A stretch of DNA of 64,000 bases. Source: an uncultured cyanobacterium. Lineage in GTDB: Bacteria; Cyanobacteriota; Cyanobacteriia; Cyanobacteriales; Cyanobacteriaceae. Position numbers and translations under genes: made by a program. How positions within the stretch are numbered: position 1 is the first letter of the stretch; each line of letters opens with the position of its first letter. Shown here piece after piece: positions 32,495 through 42,077 of the stretch. Where the stretch lies: positions 288,001 through 352,000 of the forward strand of contig CAVQBA010000006.1 of assembly GCA_963710605.1 (NCBI GenBank), in the 5' to 3' direction. The notes under the pieces are model-generated. The model was given only the letters and a program-made list of their open reading frames with translations, searched no databases and was not told the origin of the DNA.

Positions 32495-33070
32495 ATGATC
32501 GATATTCCCTCCATTATTCAGGGATATGCCCATGGTAACTTTTTAATGGCTGATGATAATAATCGTCTTAGTTGGTATTCTAGCAACGAAAGAACCCTTA
32601 TTCCTCTAAACGATCGATTTCGCTATCCCAAATCTTTAAAAAGAGTCTTAAATCAAAATCGTTTTTCGGTGGCGATTGATCAAGATTTTGTGGGTGTATG
32701 TGAAGGTTGTGCTAATCGAGAAAGTACTTGGATTTCTGAGGAATTAATCAATATTTATTTAGAATTACATAATGCAGGATGGGCGCATAGCTTTGAAACG
32801 TGGCAAAATGGACAATTAGCAGGAGGAATTTTGGGAATTGTTATTCGTGGTGCTTTTATTGGCGAATCAATGTTTTATAATATTCCTGAAGGCTCTAAAG
32901 TGGCAATGGTTAAATTAGTTGAGCATTTACAAACCCAAAAATTTATTTTATTTGATGCTCAAATGCAAAATCCTCATTTAGCCCGATTTGGTAGCTACGT
33001 CATTAATAACGAATCTTATATCGATTTATTATCCAAAGCACTTGATTCTAAAGCTAATTTTGTTAATTAA
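32495..33070 (+). CDS. aat: Leucyl/phenylalanyl-tRNA-protein transferase
   Basis: TWIS, AHSFETW, FIGESMF, SKVAM, FDAQ, HLARFG. Confidence 0.93.
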   Translation: MIDIPSIIQGYAHGNFLMADDNNRLSWYSSNERTLIPLNDRFRYPKSLKRVLNQNRFSVAIDQDFVGVCEGCANRESTWISEELINIYLELHNAGWAHSFETWQNGQLAGGILGIVIRGAFIGESMFYNIPEGSKVAMVKLVEHLQTQKFILFDAQMQNPHLARFGSYVINNESYIDLLSKALDSKANFVN

Positions 33071-33282
33071 TAATTAATAATTAAATACAGGGATAGCTTT
33101 TATATTTATTGATAAATTACGATCGAAAAAAACACGTTTACACTAAAATTTTTAATGTCTAATTACTGCTTAGTAAGCATGAAGAATGAAAAGACGTTTG
33201 TACCAAAAGTCTGTACTAAGAAGTAAAAAGTATCAATTGAAAATTGTTCGTTTAACTATCAACTATCAACTATCCACTATTA

Positions 33283-34806
33283 ATGATACTTACAGATGAT
33301 TTATTAATCAAATACAAACGTTGTAGTCGGCATACCTTTCTTAATTTTTATGGTGATGAAAGTCAACAATCTCCAGAAAAAGATTTTTGTCTCCAATTAA
33401 AAAAAGAAAAAATCACTCAATCCCAAGAAGTTTTACATCTCTACAATTTACCTCATAACCAACCTAGTAAATTGTCGCAAAAAGATAATTCTCTTGCTAA
33501 TCTAGCTAGTATTACCGAAAAACTAATGTCTGAAGGGGTTGAATGTATCTATCAAGGTGTAATTCAATACGAATTTAAAGACGATCGAACTCAACAAGAA
33601 TTTACTATATCAGGTTCGCCGACATTATTAATTAAAGACACTCAACAATCTAGTCGTTGGGGTAACTGGAGTTATTTTGCGGTGAATACTCATTTGGGTA
33701 GAAGTAACAAAAAAGAATATAAATTAATTTCAGGGTTACACGCTTATATCTTGAGTGACATTCAAAAAGTAACCCCTCAACGCTCAGAAATTGTTTTACG
33801 TAACTCTTCAAGAATATATCGTACTGTTTTATCTCTTTGGATGAGTCGAGCCGAAGAATTAGTCACTCGATGTGCTTCAATGTTAAGTAATAAAGATGAG
33901 CCTGAAATTTTTATTTCTCGTCAACGTTGTAGTCTTTGCCCTTGGTATGATAGTTGTTATACGATCGCTAAAGTGAATCAACATCTATCTTTAATTGCCG
34001 GTATTACACCTAGCCGATTAGAAGTTTTACTTGATGAAGGAATTTATAATTTTCCTTTACTCGCCCAAACTCCTTTATCTATTCTCGAATTACTTTTTAA
34101 ACCCGAAATTGCTCGGGCTATTTACAAACAAACTCAATCTTTACATTTAGATAAACCGATCGCTAAACGTAACAATTTAAGACAAATTCCTACCGCTAAA
34201 ATTGAATTATACTTTGATATTGAAGCTCAAGCCGATCGTCATCTTCATTATTTGTTAGGAGTATTAGTTGTCAACCGGGATACCCAAGAAACAGAATACC
34301 ATAGTTTTTTAGCTAAAACCGCAGAAGAAGAAGAAACTATCTGGCAGAAATTTGTTGAGTTTGTTAATCAATATGAAAACGCACCTATTTTTCATTACGC
34401 TGAATACGAAGCTGAAACAATCAAACTTTTAGCTAATCTTTATCATACTAGTCCTCATCAATTAGAATCGCTCTTAAATCGTTGTTTTGATTTACATCAA
34501 TATTTAATTACTTCTTGGTATTTTCCTATCCAAAATTATTCACTTAAATCTGTCGCTAATTGGTTAGATTTTTATTGGCGAGATCCTATTACAGGAGTTG
34601 TTCCTGATGATAAAATTACTTTAGCAGGAGATCAATGTGTTTTCTGGTATGAGCAATGGATTAATACAAATCAGACTGTTTGGCTTGATTATATCTTGAT
34701 TTATAATTATGATGATTGCTTTGCTACTTACAAACTTAAAGAATGTTTAGATAATTTGTTATCCACACACGAAAATGAATTTCCTAAACTAATTATCGAT
34801 CGTTAA
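33283..34806 (+). CDS. TM0106-family RecB-like nuclease with C-terminal RNase H-like domain
   Basis: RCSR, CSLCPW...C, YFDIE, YSLKSVA, YNYDDC. Confidence 0.85.
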   Translation: MILTDDLLIKYKRCSRHTFLNFYGDESQQSPEKDFCLQLKKEKITQSQEVLHLYNLPHNQPSKLSQKDNSLANLASITEKLMSEGVECIYQGVIQYEFKDDRTQQEFTISGSPTLLIKDTQQSSRWGNWSYFAVNTHLGRSNKKEYKLISGLHAYILSDIQKVTPQRSEIVLRNSSRIYRTVLSLWMSRAEELVTRCASMLSNKDEPEIFISRQRCSLCPWYDSCYTIAKVNQHLSLIAGITPSRLEVLLDEGIYNFPLLAQTPLSILELLFKPEIARAIYKQTQSLHLDKPIAKRNNLRQIPTAKIELYFDIEAQADRHLHYLLGVLVVNRDTQETEYHSFLAKTAEEEETIWQKFVEFVNQYENAPIFHYAEYEAETIKLLANLYHTSPHQLESLLNRCFDLHQYLITSWYFPIQNYSLKSVANWLDFYWRDPITGVVPDDKITLAGDQCVFWYEQWINTNQTVWLDYILIYNYDDCFATYKLKECLDNLLSTHENEFPKLIIDR

Positions 34807-35390
34807 TCGTGAAAATCAGCACTTAGCAGATAATGAGTTGGTTTTTAAGGTTTAACCACCCTTAACCCGTCTTTTTAAAGAAGGGCTGAGATGTTCAAAG
34901 GAAGAAGAAAATAGCTATCTGCTCACAATAAATAGCTATCTGCTCAAAACAAATAGCTAGAAGCTATTACTACTCGAATCGAGCGATTTAGATACATGAT
35001 CGTTTTACTATTAAGAAAAAACAGCTACATTTACTGCTATTTCTGGCGTTGTAGAAAGTACAAAAATAAGACATGAAACAGCCCTGCTCTTTTTAAAGAA
35101 GGGAAACTTGAATGTTGAAATTTATTTTCTTTTTTTCATAATGTAATTGTCGTTACCAATATTTTTTCATTTTAGGTAATTTTTTTGCCTCTTTTTTTGA
35201 TTATGTTAAGGAACATAAAGTTTTATTAAAAACTAAATGGAAGTTAGTTATTTGATAGATGTTAGATAGCTGAAAATGATACCGTAGAAGAGTCAGAGTA
35301 GAAAGTGTAAAGTTCAAGATAACTAGTAAATAATCTAAGTAACTTGATTGTCTTTTATCTACTTTTTTAGACACGTCAAACGTTTTCAAG

Positions 35391-35633
35391 GTGACTGTTA
35401 TGTTGATATCTTTATTTTTAATTCTTTTACTATTAACTACTATTGTTAATGCTGTTTTTTATCAACGTACTCGCCAAGATATACATTTGATTTTATCGAT
35501 CGTTACTGGGATAATATTTGTGATCTGGGGATTAGTAATTGCACATTGGACAATACATATTTTTGCATTACTGGCTTTACTCTGCATTCGCATTCCTGAA
35601 TTTAAAACTAAAGCTGTTAAAGTATATAAATAA
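35391..35633 (+). CDS. Small membrane protein
   Basis: Hydrophobic 80-aa ORF with about three TM segments. Confidence 0.55.
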   Translation: MTVMLISLFLILLLLTTIVNAVFYQRTRQDIHLILSIVTGIIFVIWGLVIAHWTIHIFALLALLCIRIPEFKTKAVKVYK

Positions 35634-35875
35634 AGCTTGGGCGAAAAGGTAATTAATGGATTATAAGAAACTCAATAACCGAAGCTAAAAATACAGTTTT
35701 ATTCATGTGAGTCAAATATTGTTGATGATGGGTTACGGCTAAGTTATCAATGAATTTATACCAAGTTGGTAATCGATAATTACCTAACCCATCCTACAAG
35801 AAATGCTAAAGTTAGTGATAAAATTATTATTACCTTTAATTAGTAAACGATCGATAAAACAGGAGAGAGAAATAA

Positions 35876-36520
35876 TTGGCTAGAGTGAGAGTACGCCAAC
35901 ACGTAAATCCACTAAGTGATAAATACCAACAATCGATCGTATTACCCGATTGGAATCAAGTATATGCTAATTTAGATTTACCATTTCATCTTGATTTAGG
36001 TTGTGCTAGAGGACGTTTTTTGTTAGAAATGGCACAAACACAGCCAGACTATAACTATTTAGGAGTTGAGATAAGAGAAGCTTTGGTCATTGAAGCAAAT
36101 CAAATTAAGACCGAAAATAATTTAGAAAACGTACATTATTTATTCGCTAATATCAATCATAGTTTACAAAATTTATTAGAATCTTTACCTAATAATCAAT
36201 TAAAACTAATTTCGATCCAATTTCCTGATCCTTGGTTTAAGAAAAAACACCATAAAAGAAGAGTTATTCAACCAGATATTGTTAATATCATCCATCAATA
36301 TCTAGCAGATGATGGTCAAATATTTTTGCAATCTGATGTGCAAGAAATAGCGACGCAAATGTGTGATTTGTTTTTAGCCCACGAAGGTTTTAAACCTCTT
36401 GATTCAAAAGTTTGGTTATCAGAAAATCCTTTACCTGTAATGACGGAAAGAGAAATAGCTACTATCAATAAAAACGAACCTATTTATCGTACAGTTATGG
36501 TTAAATCTTATGAGGATTGA
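35876..36520 (+). CDS. trmB: tRNA (guanine-N7)-methyltransferase
   Basis: RVRQHVNP, DLGCARG, FPDPWFKKKHHKRR, TERE. Confidence 0.96.
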   Translation: MARVRVRQHVNPLSDKYQQSIVLPDWNQVYANLDLPFHLDLGCARGRFLLEMAQTQPDYNYLGVEIREALVIEANQIKTENNLENVHYLFANINHSLQNLLESLPNNQLKLISIQFPDPWFKKKHHKRRVIQPDIVNIIHQYLADDGQIFLQSDVQEIATQMCDLFLAHEGFKPLDSKVWLSENPLPVMTEREIATINKNEPIYRTVMVKSYED

Positions 36521-36718
36521 TGATGCTATTTATTTATCTAATTGGCTTTATCTAAATATTCACTTTTGTAAACATTTTTTCAGTTTAATTCATTAATATT
36601 TGAGGATTCTATTAATATCTTCTTGTCATAGAAACAATCTGTAATCGATCGCTATCTTAAAACAAGAGTAGAATAAATATAATCTTAGTTATCTTCGTAT
36701 ATAATACGATCGAAACTC

Positions 36719-38149
36719 ATGACTAAAATAACATTTCTAACTCCAGAGCAAGAAGCATTAATTCCTGAATACCAAAAAAAGTGGAAAAAGATTGCTTTAT
36801 CAACCGAAAGAATCGATCGAGAAAGTGCGACACAAGCGGTGAAAGAAGCATATAAAATAATGCGTCAAAGTGAACCTGAAATCATATTTTGTGCTAGCCC
36901 ATTTGAAGCTTTGGAGCGATTACAAACTTATGTCGAGCAAGTGAAGATAGTAGAGATATTTGATGAGAATCAAGACAATCAAACTAATCCAGAAGAAACG
37001 ATGAGTGATCGATTTTCTCCTCTTCAATTTACGCTTAAATTTTTTACAGTTATCAAAAATATATTTCAACTAAACAAAAGACAAAGCAAAATTAAAAACA
37101 CGGCAATATATAAATTAATTAATAAAATTAACTCTCAAGGATTAAAATCTTTTAACAAGCAAATAAAGGTTTCTATTCCTGAAAATATAACTAGTGCAGA
37201 TATAAGTAAATAATCATTTTTAAATTCATTACCATTTCGGGCTAAGTCTAAAGAGAGAAAATCTTCAGAAATATTTGATCGTTCATACAAATTAGTAGAA
37301 TCACAACAAGAGTCTTTTGTCAACTCACTCGATAATCTTGAAAAAAGTTTTTCTTGGCTTCCTTTTAATCTTAACCAAAAAATATTTCGCTCGTGGTTAA
37401 CAAATTACGTACAAGGTTTATTTGTCAACATGATTTATGGAGCGGATTATCCTAGTTTTAATCGAATATTTTATTTGAATGTTTCTTCTGAGCAACAAGA
37501 ATTTATGAGGAGATTTCAATTTTTATTAGAAAATCCGCCTGTTTTTATGAGTGAATATGCTAGAAATTGTATTTTTATTGATTTTTGTTTTTCTGTCTTA
37601 AATTTTGACTATAACGATCGACAATGGCAAGTTTTAGAAAATTTGGTACTTGAATGTGGCACTGTTTTTGTTTGGAATAATGTTTGTCTTGTTTGCGATC
37701 GACCCTCTAAAATTTTATTAGATGAAAATAATCAATTTCACGGAGAAGGTGAATCAGCGATAGAATTTGCTGACGGTAATAAAATTTACGCTTATAACGG
37801 TACTTATTTACCTGAAAAATATAGCCAAATCGAACCGAGTCAATGGCAATCTCAATGGGTTTTAGAAGAAAAAAATAAACAATTACAATTAATTTTAATT
37901 AAAGGTATTGGTGCAATTCGTATTTGTGAAGAGTTACCTTTCGAGCAAGTTGATGTGATGGGAGAATATACTTTACTCAAATTCGAGGGTATTGGTCGTA
38001 TTAGAACTAATATTCTTAAAAGAATTAATGCTCAAACTGGCGAAATTAAGGCTGAATTTGTACCGTGGAATAATCGTACTATCACAGAAGCGATCGAGTA
38101 TGCTAATCAATATATATCAGCAGAAGACTTTCCTTTAGTTGAAAATTAA
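36719..38149 (+). pseudogene. DUF6745-like protein split by one in-frame TAA at 37211-37213
   Basis: ORFs 36719..37213 and 37430..38149 are in the same frame and the sequence between them is open; LTPEQEALIP...W N-terminus and CDRP...HGEG..AIEFADG. Confidence 0.75.
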
Positions 38150-38213
38150 TAATTATCAATTTGAAATTATACTCATTCAGTCTTAAGTTCCAAGTAGGCT
38201 TTTAAATCTTCTG

Positions 38214-38242
38214 GTAGGGACGTAGCACTGCTACGTCCCTAC
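38214..38242. repeat. GTAG-type REP-like palindrome GTAGGGACGTAGCA-C-TGCTACGTCCCTAC
   Basis: Perfect 14-bp inverted repeat. Confidence 0.9.
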
Positions 38243-38279
38243 ATTATAATAATTGGTTTTTATTTAAAATTATTATAAA

Positions 38280-38440
38280 TATAGCTAAATGAATTTATAA
38301 TTGCACTTTTTCGGTTGATGAAAGTCTCCCCTTTGAAGGGGAAAAGCTGTCACCTGAATTCATTTGGCTGTGCTTGTAAGCTCCGTGAGATTCAGAGGGG
38401 TTGGCGAAAGTATAAGTAATCACAAATTCATTCGGCTATA
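38280..38440. mobile_element. MITE-like element (TATAGC..AATGAATTT inverted ends) containing an interrupted hairpin repeat
   Basis: 17-bp terminal inverted repeats with 2 mismatches. Confidence 0.65.
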
Positions 38441-38468
38441 ATTATCTTTTCGATGATAAATAAAAAAA

Positions 38469-39317
38469 ATGAACGATCGAGGTGTAATTTTAAATCAAGG
38501 TAATGGTGCTTGGGCATTTAGTCATCATGCTCAACGTTTAGCTCGTAGTTTGTGGTTAAAAATCGGCGATTCACCAGCCCCGTTAAATTATGTATTGTGG
38601 TGTGAAGACGATCGATTATACTCAAATATTAATTCTTTTATTCCCTTAAGTGGAATCAAGATTGCCTCAGATAAACGTCTGATAGCTCAAAAATTTATTG
38701 AATATAACGTTGCTACACCAAAAACTTTTTTGATTGAAACCAAAGATGAATTGAGTGATTTTCTGAGGAAAAATAATAATCAACAGTGGTGTTTGAAATG
38801 GCCGACAGGATGTGGTGGAATGGGGCATCAATTAATTAATAGCCAAAATTATCAACAAATTGCCGATGATTATCCTCGACCGTTTGTAGTGCAAAAATTT
38901 GTGCAAATGGAGAAACCAAAAGTTTATCGTACTTATTGTGTTGCCGAGGAAATCTTTGGTTGGAATGTCCGTCAGTATGCTCAAGAAGTCGATCGTGTTT
39001 CTCCTTGGGTATCTCATGCTAACGGTGCAAGATATAATGTTACTAGAAATATTCCCGATGAAGCAAAATTAGTAGCGACTAAAGCACTCAAAGCCACAAA
39101 TTTATATTCTTCTTTTGGGTGTGTCGATTTAATTATTGATGATGATAAATGGAAAGCTCTTGAAGTAGGTACAGATGGTATTTATAATTATGTCGATCGA
39201 GATTTTAATAATTCAGCGTTAGAAGATTTAATTAACAAAAAGTTAGCGCTCGCATTTTGGTCAAAAATTGGCGAACCGCCTTGGGGTAAAGGAGAATGGT
39301 ATTATCAAAAACTATAA
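38469..39317 (+). CDS. ATP-grasp (RimK-like) protein
   Basis: SDK, TPKT, LKWPTGCGGMG, VVQKFV, GCVD, ALEV. Confidence 0.75.
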   Translation: MNDRGVILNQGNGAWAFSHHAQRLARSLWLKIGDSPAPLNYVLWCEDDRLYSNINSFIPLSGIKIASDKRLIAQKFIEYNVATPKTFLIETKDELSDFLRKNNNQQWCLKWPTGCGGMGHQLINSQNYQQIADDYPRPFVVQKFVQMEKPKVYRTYCVAEEIFGWNVRQYAQEVDRVSPWVSHANGARYNVTRNIPDEAKLVATKALKATNLYSSFGCVDLIIDDDKWKALEVGTDGIYNYVDRDFNNSALEDLINKKLALAFWSKIGEPPWGKGEWYYQKL

Positions 39318-39544
39318 GTACCTGTGCAAAATTATTTGTACATTTTTTTGTAGGGGTGCAAGCGGTGGAATCCCGCGTCGGCGAAAGACGCAAACGGTCA
39401 GAACCCGCGACGACGGCAAGTCGCAAGGGAAGGCTGACCAAGACGGGAACGTCCACCAAGACGGTTTGCACCCTTTATTTAGTAATAGGTTCATGGATAT
39501 GAAATAATTGTTAAAATGCACAATTAATTTTGTTTACCTACTTA
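39315..39544. mobile_element. MITE-like element with ~32-bp imperfect inverted ends, enclosing a REP hairpin that carries two nested ~50-nt structured insertions
   Basis: TAAGTA......CAAAATTA.TTGT.CATTTT at both ends in inverted orientation; GC-rich core 39350-39474. Confidence 0.8.
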
Positions 39545-39654
39545 GATGAGAATTAGAATTACTATTAATTAAAAAAATAACTATTAAATTTGAGTGATTA
39601 TAGTTAACAAAGGCTAACTAAATCCTCTTTTTCAAGGTTGTAAGCCTTGCACCT

Positions 39655-41250
39655 TTAATTATTTTTTTTGGTATAAACTCGATAATCAATATCAGGGAAA
39701 ATATTATCTAGTGCCTCTAGTTTAGTTAACCAAGCACTATCAATTTTACGATCGCAAATTTGTTTATAAAGACGATGAAATCTTAGTAAATGATTTTTAG
39801 TTCTTTTCTCAGCATAAGGCACCATTGTACCTGTACGCATAATAAAAGCCCAATCGGAGGACTGTGCCAGTAATAACTCCCTTGCGGCTTGATTTAAAGC
39901 ACGACGCTCTAATTCGTCTTCAGCATATCGATTCGCTAATTCGATCATTCTTTCGGTAGCACTATGTAAATGAGGATAAATCCAACTATTAGTTTCATTC
40001 AACCAATATTGATGAAAACCTTGAAAACCCCAGCTTGATTGAGCAGGTTTTGCTAATTGATGAACCGTATTTTTTTGTAGATAACCCGCTAAATGAGTCA
40101 TTTCGATCGTATCTTGATCAAACCATGTTTTCCTGAATAAAAAGTCGATAAATTGTGGTCCTTCATACCACCAATGTCCATACAATTCAGCATCATAAGG
40201 AGAGACGATTAATGGTTGTTTACCCATCACTCCCATCAAATGTTGAACTTGTAATGCTCGATTTTGTAAAAAATTACCTGCGTGTTCGGCCGCCTTTTCT
40301 GTTGCCCAGTAAGGATCATAAAGCTCTTTTTGCTCTAAATTAGCCTGACGATGAGTGATTTTATGATATTTAACCCCAACATTTTTTCTTTCGCCGTTGG
40401 GCATGATATATGGCTTAATATATTCATAATCAGCTGACCAACCTAAGTCTTTATAAAACTCACGGTAATTACTATCTCCTGGGTAACCTACTTGCGATGA
40501 CCAAACTTGTTGTGATGATTCGTTATCTCGACTAAAAACGGCTACTCCTGTCTCTGTAAGTATTGGTGCATAAGTACCATATTTAGGTCGAGGATTAGCG
40601 TTGGTGATACCATGACCATCGGTGATAAAATATCTTAAACCCGCAGAAGCGATCGCTTTTTCTAGACCTTGAAAATAAGCACATTCAGGTAACCAAATAC
40701 CTTTAGGGGCTTGACCAAAATGTTGTTGATAATCTTCGCAAGCTACTTCAATTTGTGCTTTAACTGCTGAAGGATACATCTGCATTAGCGGTAAATATCC
40801 ATGAGTTGCACCAGAAGTAATAATATCTAAATTGTTGCTATCTTGGAAATTTTTAAACGCAGTAACTAAATCACCTTGGTATTTTGCCCATGTTTTACTA
40901 ACAGAATCAAATTCTTGCTGATAATGTTGGGCTAAGTATTTGATATGTCCATTGTATTGATTATTTTTGACTTCTAAAGCAATTAATTCTTGTAATTTTT
41001 GTAAATATTTTTCGTATTCTGCTTGTAAATATTCATCCTTTAACATTGCAATCAAAGGAGGTGTTAAACTCATGGTGAGTTTGAAATCTACTCCATCCGC
41101 TTTCAGTTTTTCAAATTTTTGGATTAGAGGAATATAAGTTTCGGTAATGGCTTCGTATAACCATTCTTCTTCTAAAACGTAGTTTGGTTGTGGGTGGCGA
41201 ACAAAGGGTAAATGTGCGTGTAATACTAAAGCAAGATAGCCAAGAGTCAT
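39655..41250 (-). CDS. GH57-family glucan branching enzyme (DUF1957)
   Basis: LVLHAHLPFVRH, EAITETYIP, GIWLPECAY, PYDAELYGHWWYEGP, AQSSDWAF. Confidence 0.93.
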   Translation of the reverse strand: MTLGYLALVLHAHLPFVRHPQPNYVLEEEWLYEAITETYIPLIQKFEKLKADGVDFKLTMSLTPPLIAMLKDEYLQAEYEKYLQKLQELIALEVKNNQYNGHIKYLAQHYQQEFDSVSKTWAKYQGDLVTAFKNFQDSNNLDIITSGATHGYLPLMQMYPSAVKAQIEVACEDYQQHFGQAPKGIWLPECAYFQGLEKAIASAGLRYFITDGHGITNANPRPKYGTYAPILTETGVAVFSRDNESSQQVWSSQVGYPGDSNYREFYKDLGWSADYEYIKPYIMPNGERKNVGVKYHKITHRQANLEQKELYDPYWATEKAAEHAGNFLQNRALQVQHLMGVMGKQPLIVSPYDAELYGHWWYEGPQFIDFLFRKTWFDQDTIEMTHLAGYLQKNTVHQLAKPAQSSWGFQGFHQYWLNETNSWIYPHLHSATERMIELANRYAEDELERRALNQAARELLLAQSSDWAFIMRTGTMVPYAEKRTKNHLLRFHRLYKQICDRKIDSAWLTKLEALDNIFPDIDYRVYTKKNN

Positions 41251-41257
41251 AATAAAT

Positions 41258-41298
41258 GAGTAAGGAGTAAGGAGTAAGGAGTAAGGAGTAAGGAGTAA
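41258..41298. repeat. Heptamer tandem repeat (GAGTAAG)n
   Basis: Read directly from the sequence. Confidence 0.9.
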
Positions 41299-41320
41299 TT
41301 AATTATTAATTATTCATTTT

Positions 41321-41851
41321 TTATTCAAGTAGATTAACAGAAAAATCTAGTGGTTTACCTCTAATATCAGTAACTGCTATATCCCATTGTCCGTTATTAG
41401 CAACTTCAAATGTTATTCTTTCTCCATTACTACTAATTAAAGGATTTCTTATTTCTCGGCTATTTTTAGTAATTAAAGCTCTTTTTTGTTGTGTAGTTCG
41501 ATCGTATAAATATAAACCCGATTTGTTTTCGTCTGCTACCATCATAAAAACCAAATAACGACCATCTTCAGAAATAGAAGGATTAGAAGCAACTTCATTA
41601 AAAGCATTCAAACCCGGTAAATCTATTAAGCGACGTGTTTGAGCATTAAATAGATAAATATCTTGTGAGCCATTACGATCGCTACTATAAGTAATGAAAG
41701 CACCTGAGACAGAAGGATGTAATTCAGCCGATCGAGTATTAAAACTTCTACCGTTATCAGAAAAAGGAAAATTTAATAAACGAGGATAATTACTACAACT
41801 AGTTAATAAACCTAAAAATAAAAGGATTTTAATTAATATTAATAATCTCAT
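41321..41851 (-). CDS. TolB-like (PD40 repeat) lipoprotein
   Basis: Lipobox LLTSC; SDRNGSQDIYL and PSISEDGRYLVF repeats. Confidence 0.8.
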   Translation of the reverse strand: MRLLILIKILLFLGLLTSCSNYPRLLNFPFSDNGRSFNTRSAELHPSVSGAFITYSSDRNGSQDIYLFNAQTRRLIDLPGLNAFNEVASNPSISEDGRYLVFMMVADENKSGLYLYDRTTQQKRALITKNSREIRNPLISSNGERITFEVANNGQWDIAVTDIRGKPLDFSVNLLE

Positions 41852-41994
41852 AGTTTCTATTTTTCATCCCTATCTATTAAAACTGAGCAAAAAAACTCAA
41901 AAATATTAATTGCGAACGAGATAAACTCATTTTACTCTTCTTTGTATAATAATTTACCAATAAAGAGCAAACAATTAACTTATGATATTTGAAT

Positions 41995-42024
41995 CTTTAA
42001 TGATTCTTTACCTAATGTTAAACT
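41995..42024 (+). promoter_or_regulatory. Pho-box-like (SphR/PhoB) site upstream of the first pstS
   Basis: CTTTAATG-att-CTTTACCT-aat-GTTAAACT: three 8-mers at 11-bp period resembling the cyanobacterial CTTAACCT-type repeat. Confidence 0.55.
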
Positions 42025-42077
42025 TCGTCAGGTAGTTAGATATAAATAATAATCAGGATAAATAGATCTGAATCTAA

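Noticed and set aside
33283-34806. TM0106 nuclease as Cas4 or part of a defence island
   Set aside because: No cas genes, array or defence neighbours; it sits among housekeeping genes
39350-39474. Possible c-di-GMP-I riboswitch, SRP RNA or ribozyme (GAAAGACGCAAA resembles part of the GEMM motif)
   Set aside because: No tetraloop receptor, SRP loop or hammerhead core is visible; it lies between convergent 3' ends; nested insertion explains the sequence better
39232-39521. Four overlapping 68-79-aa ORFs on both strands
   Set aside because: By-product of the GC-rich, stop-poor nested repeat; no protein-like features
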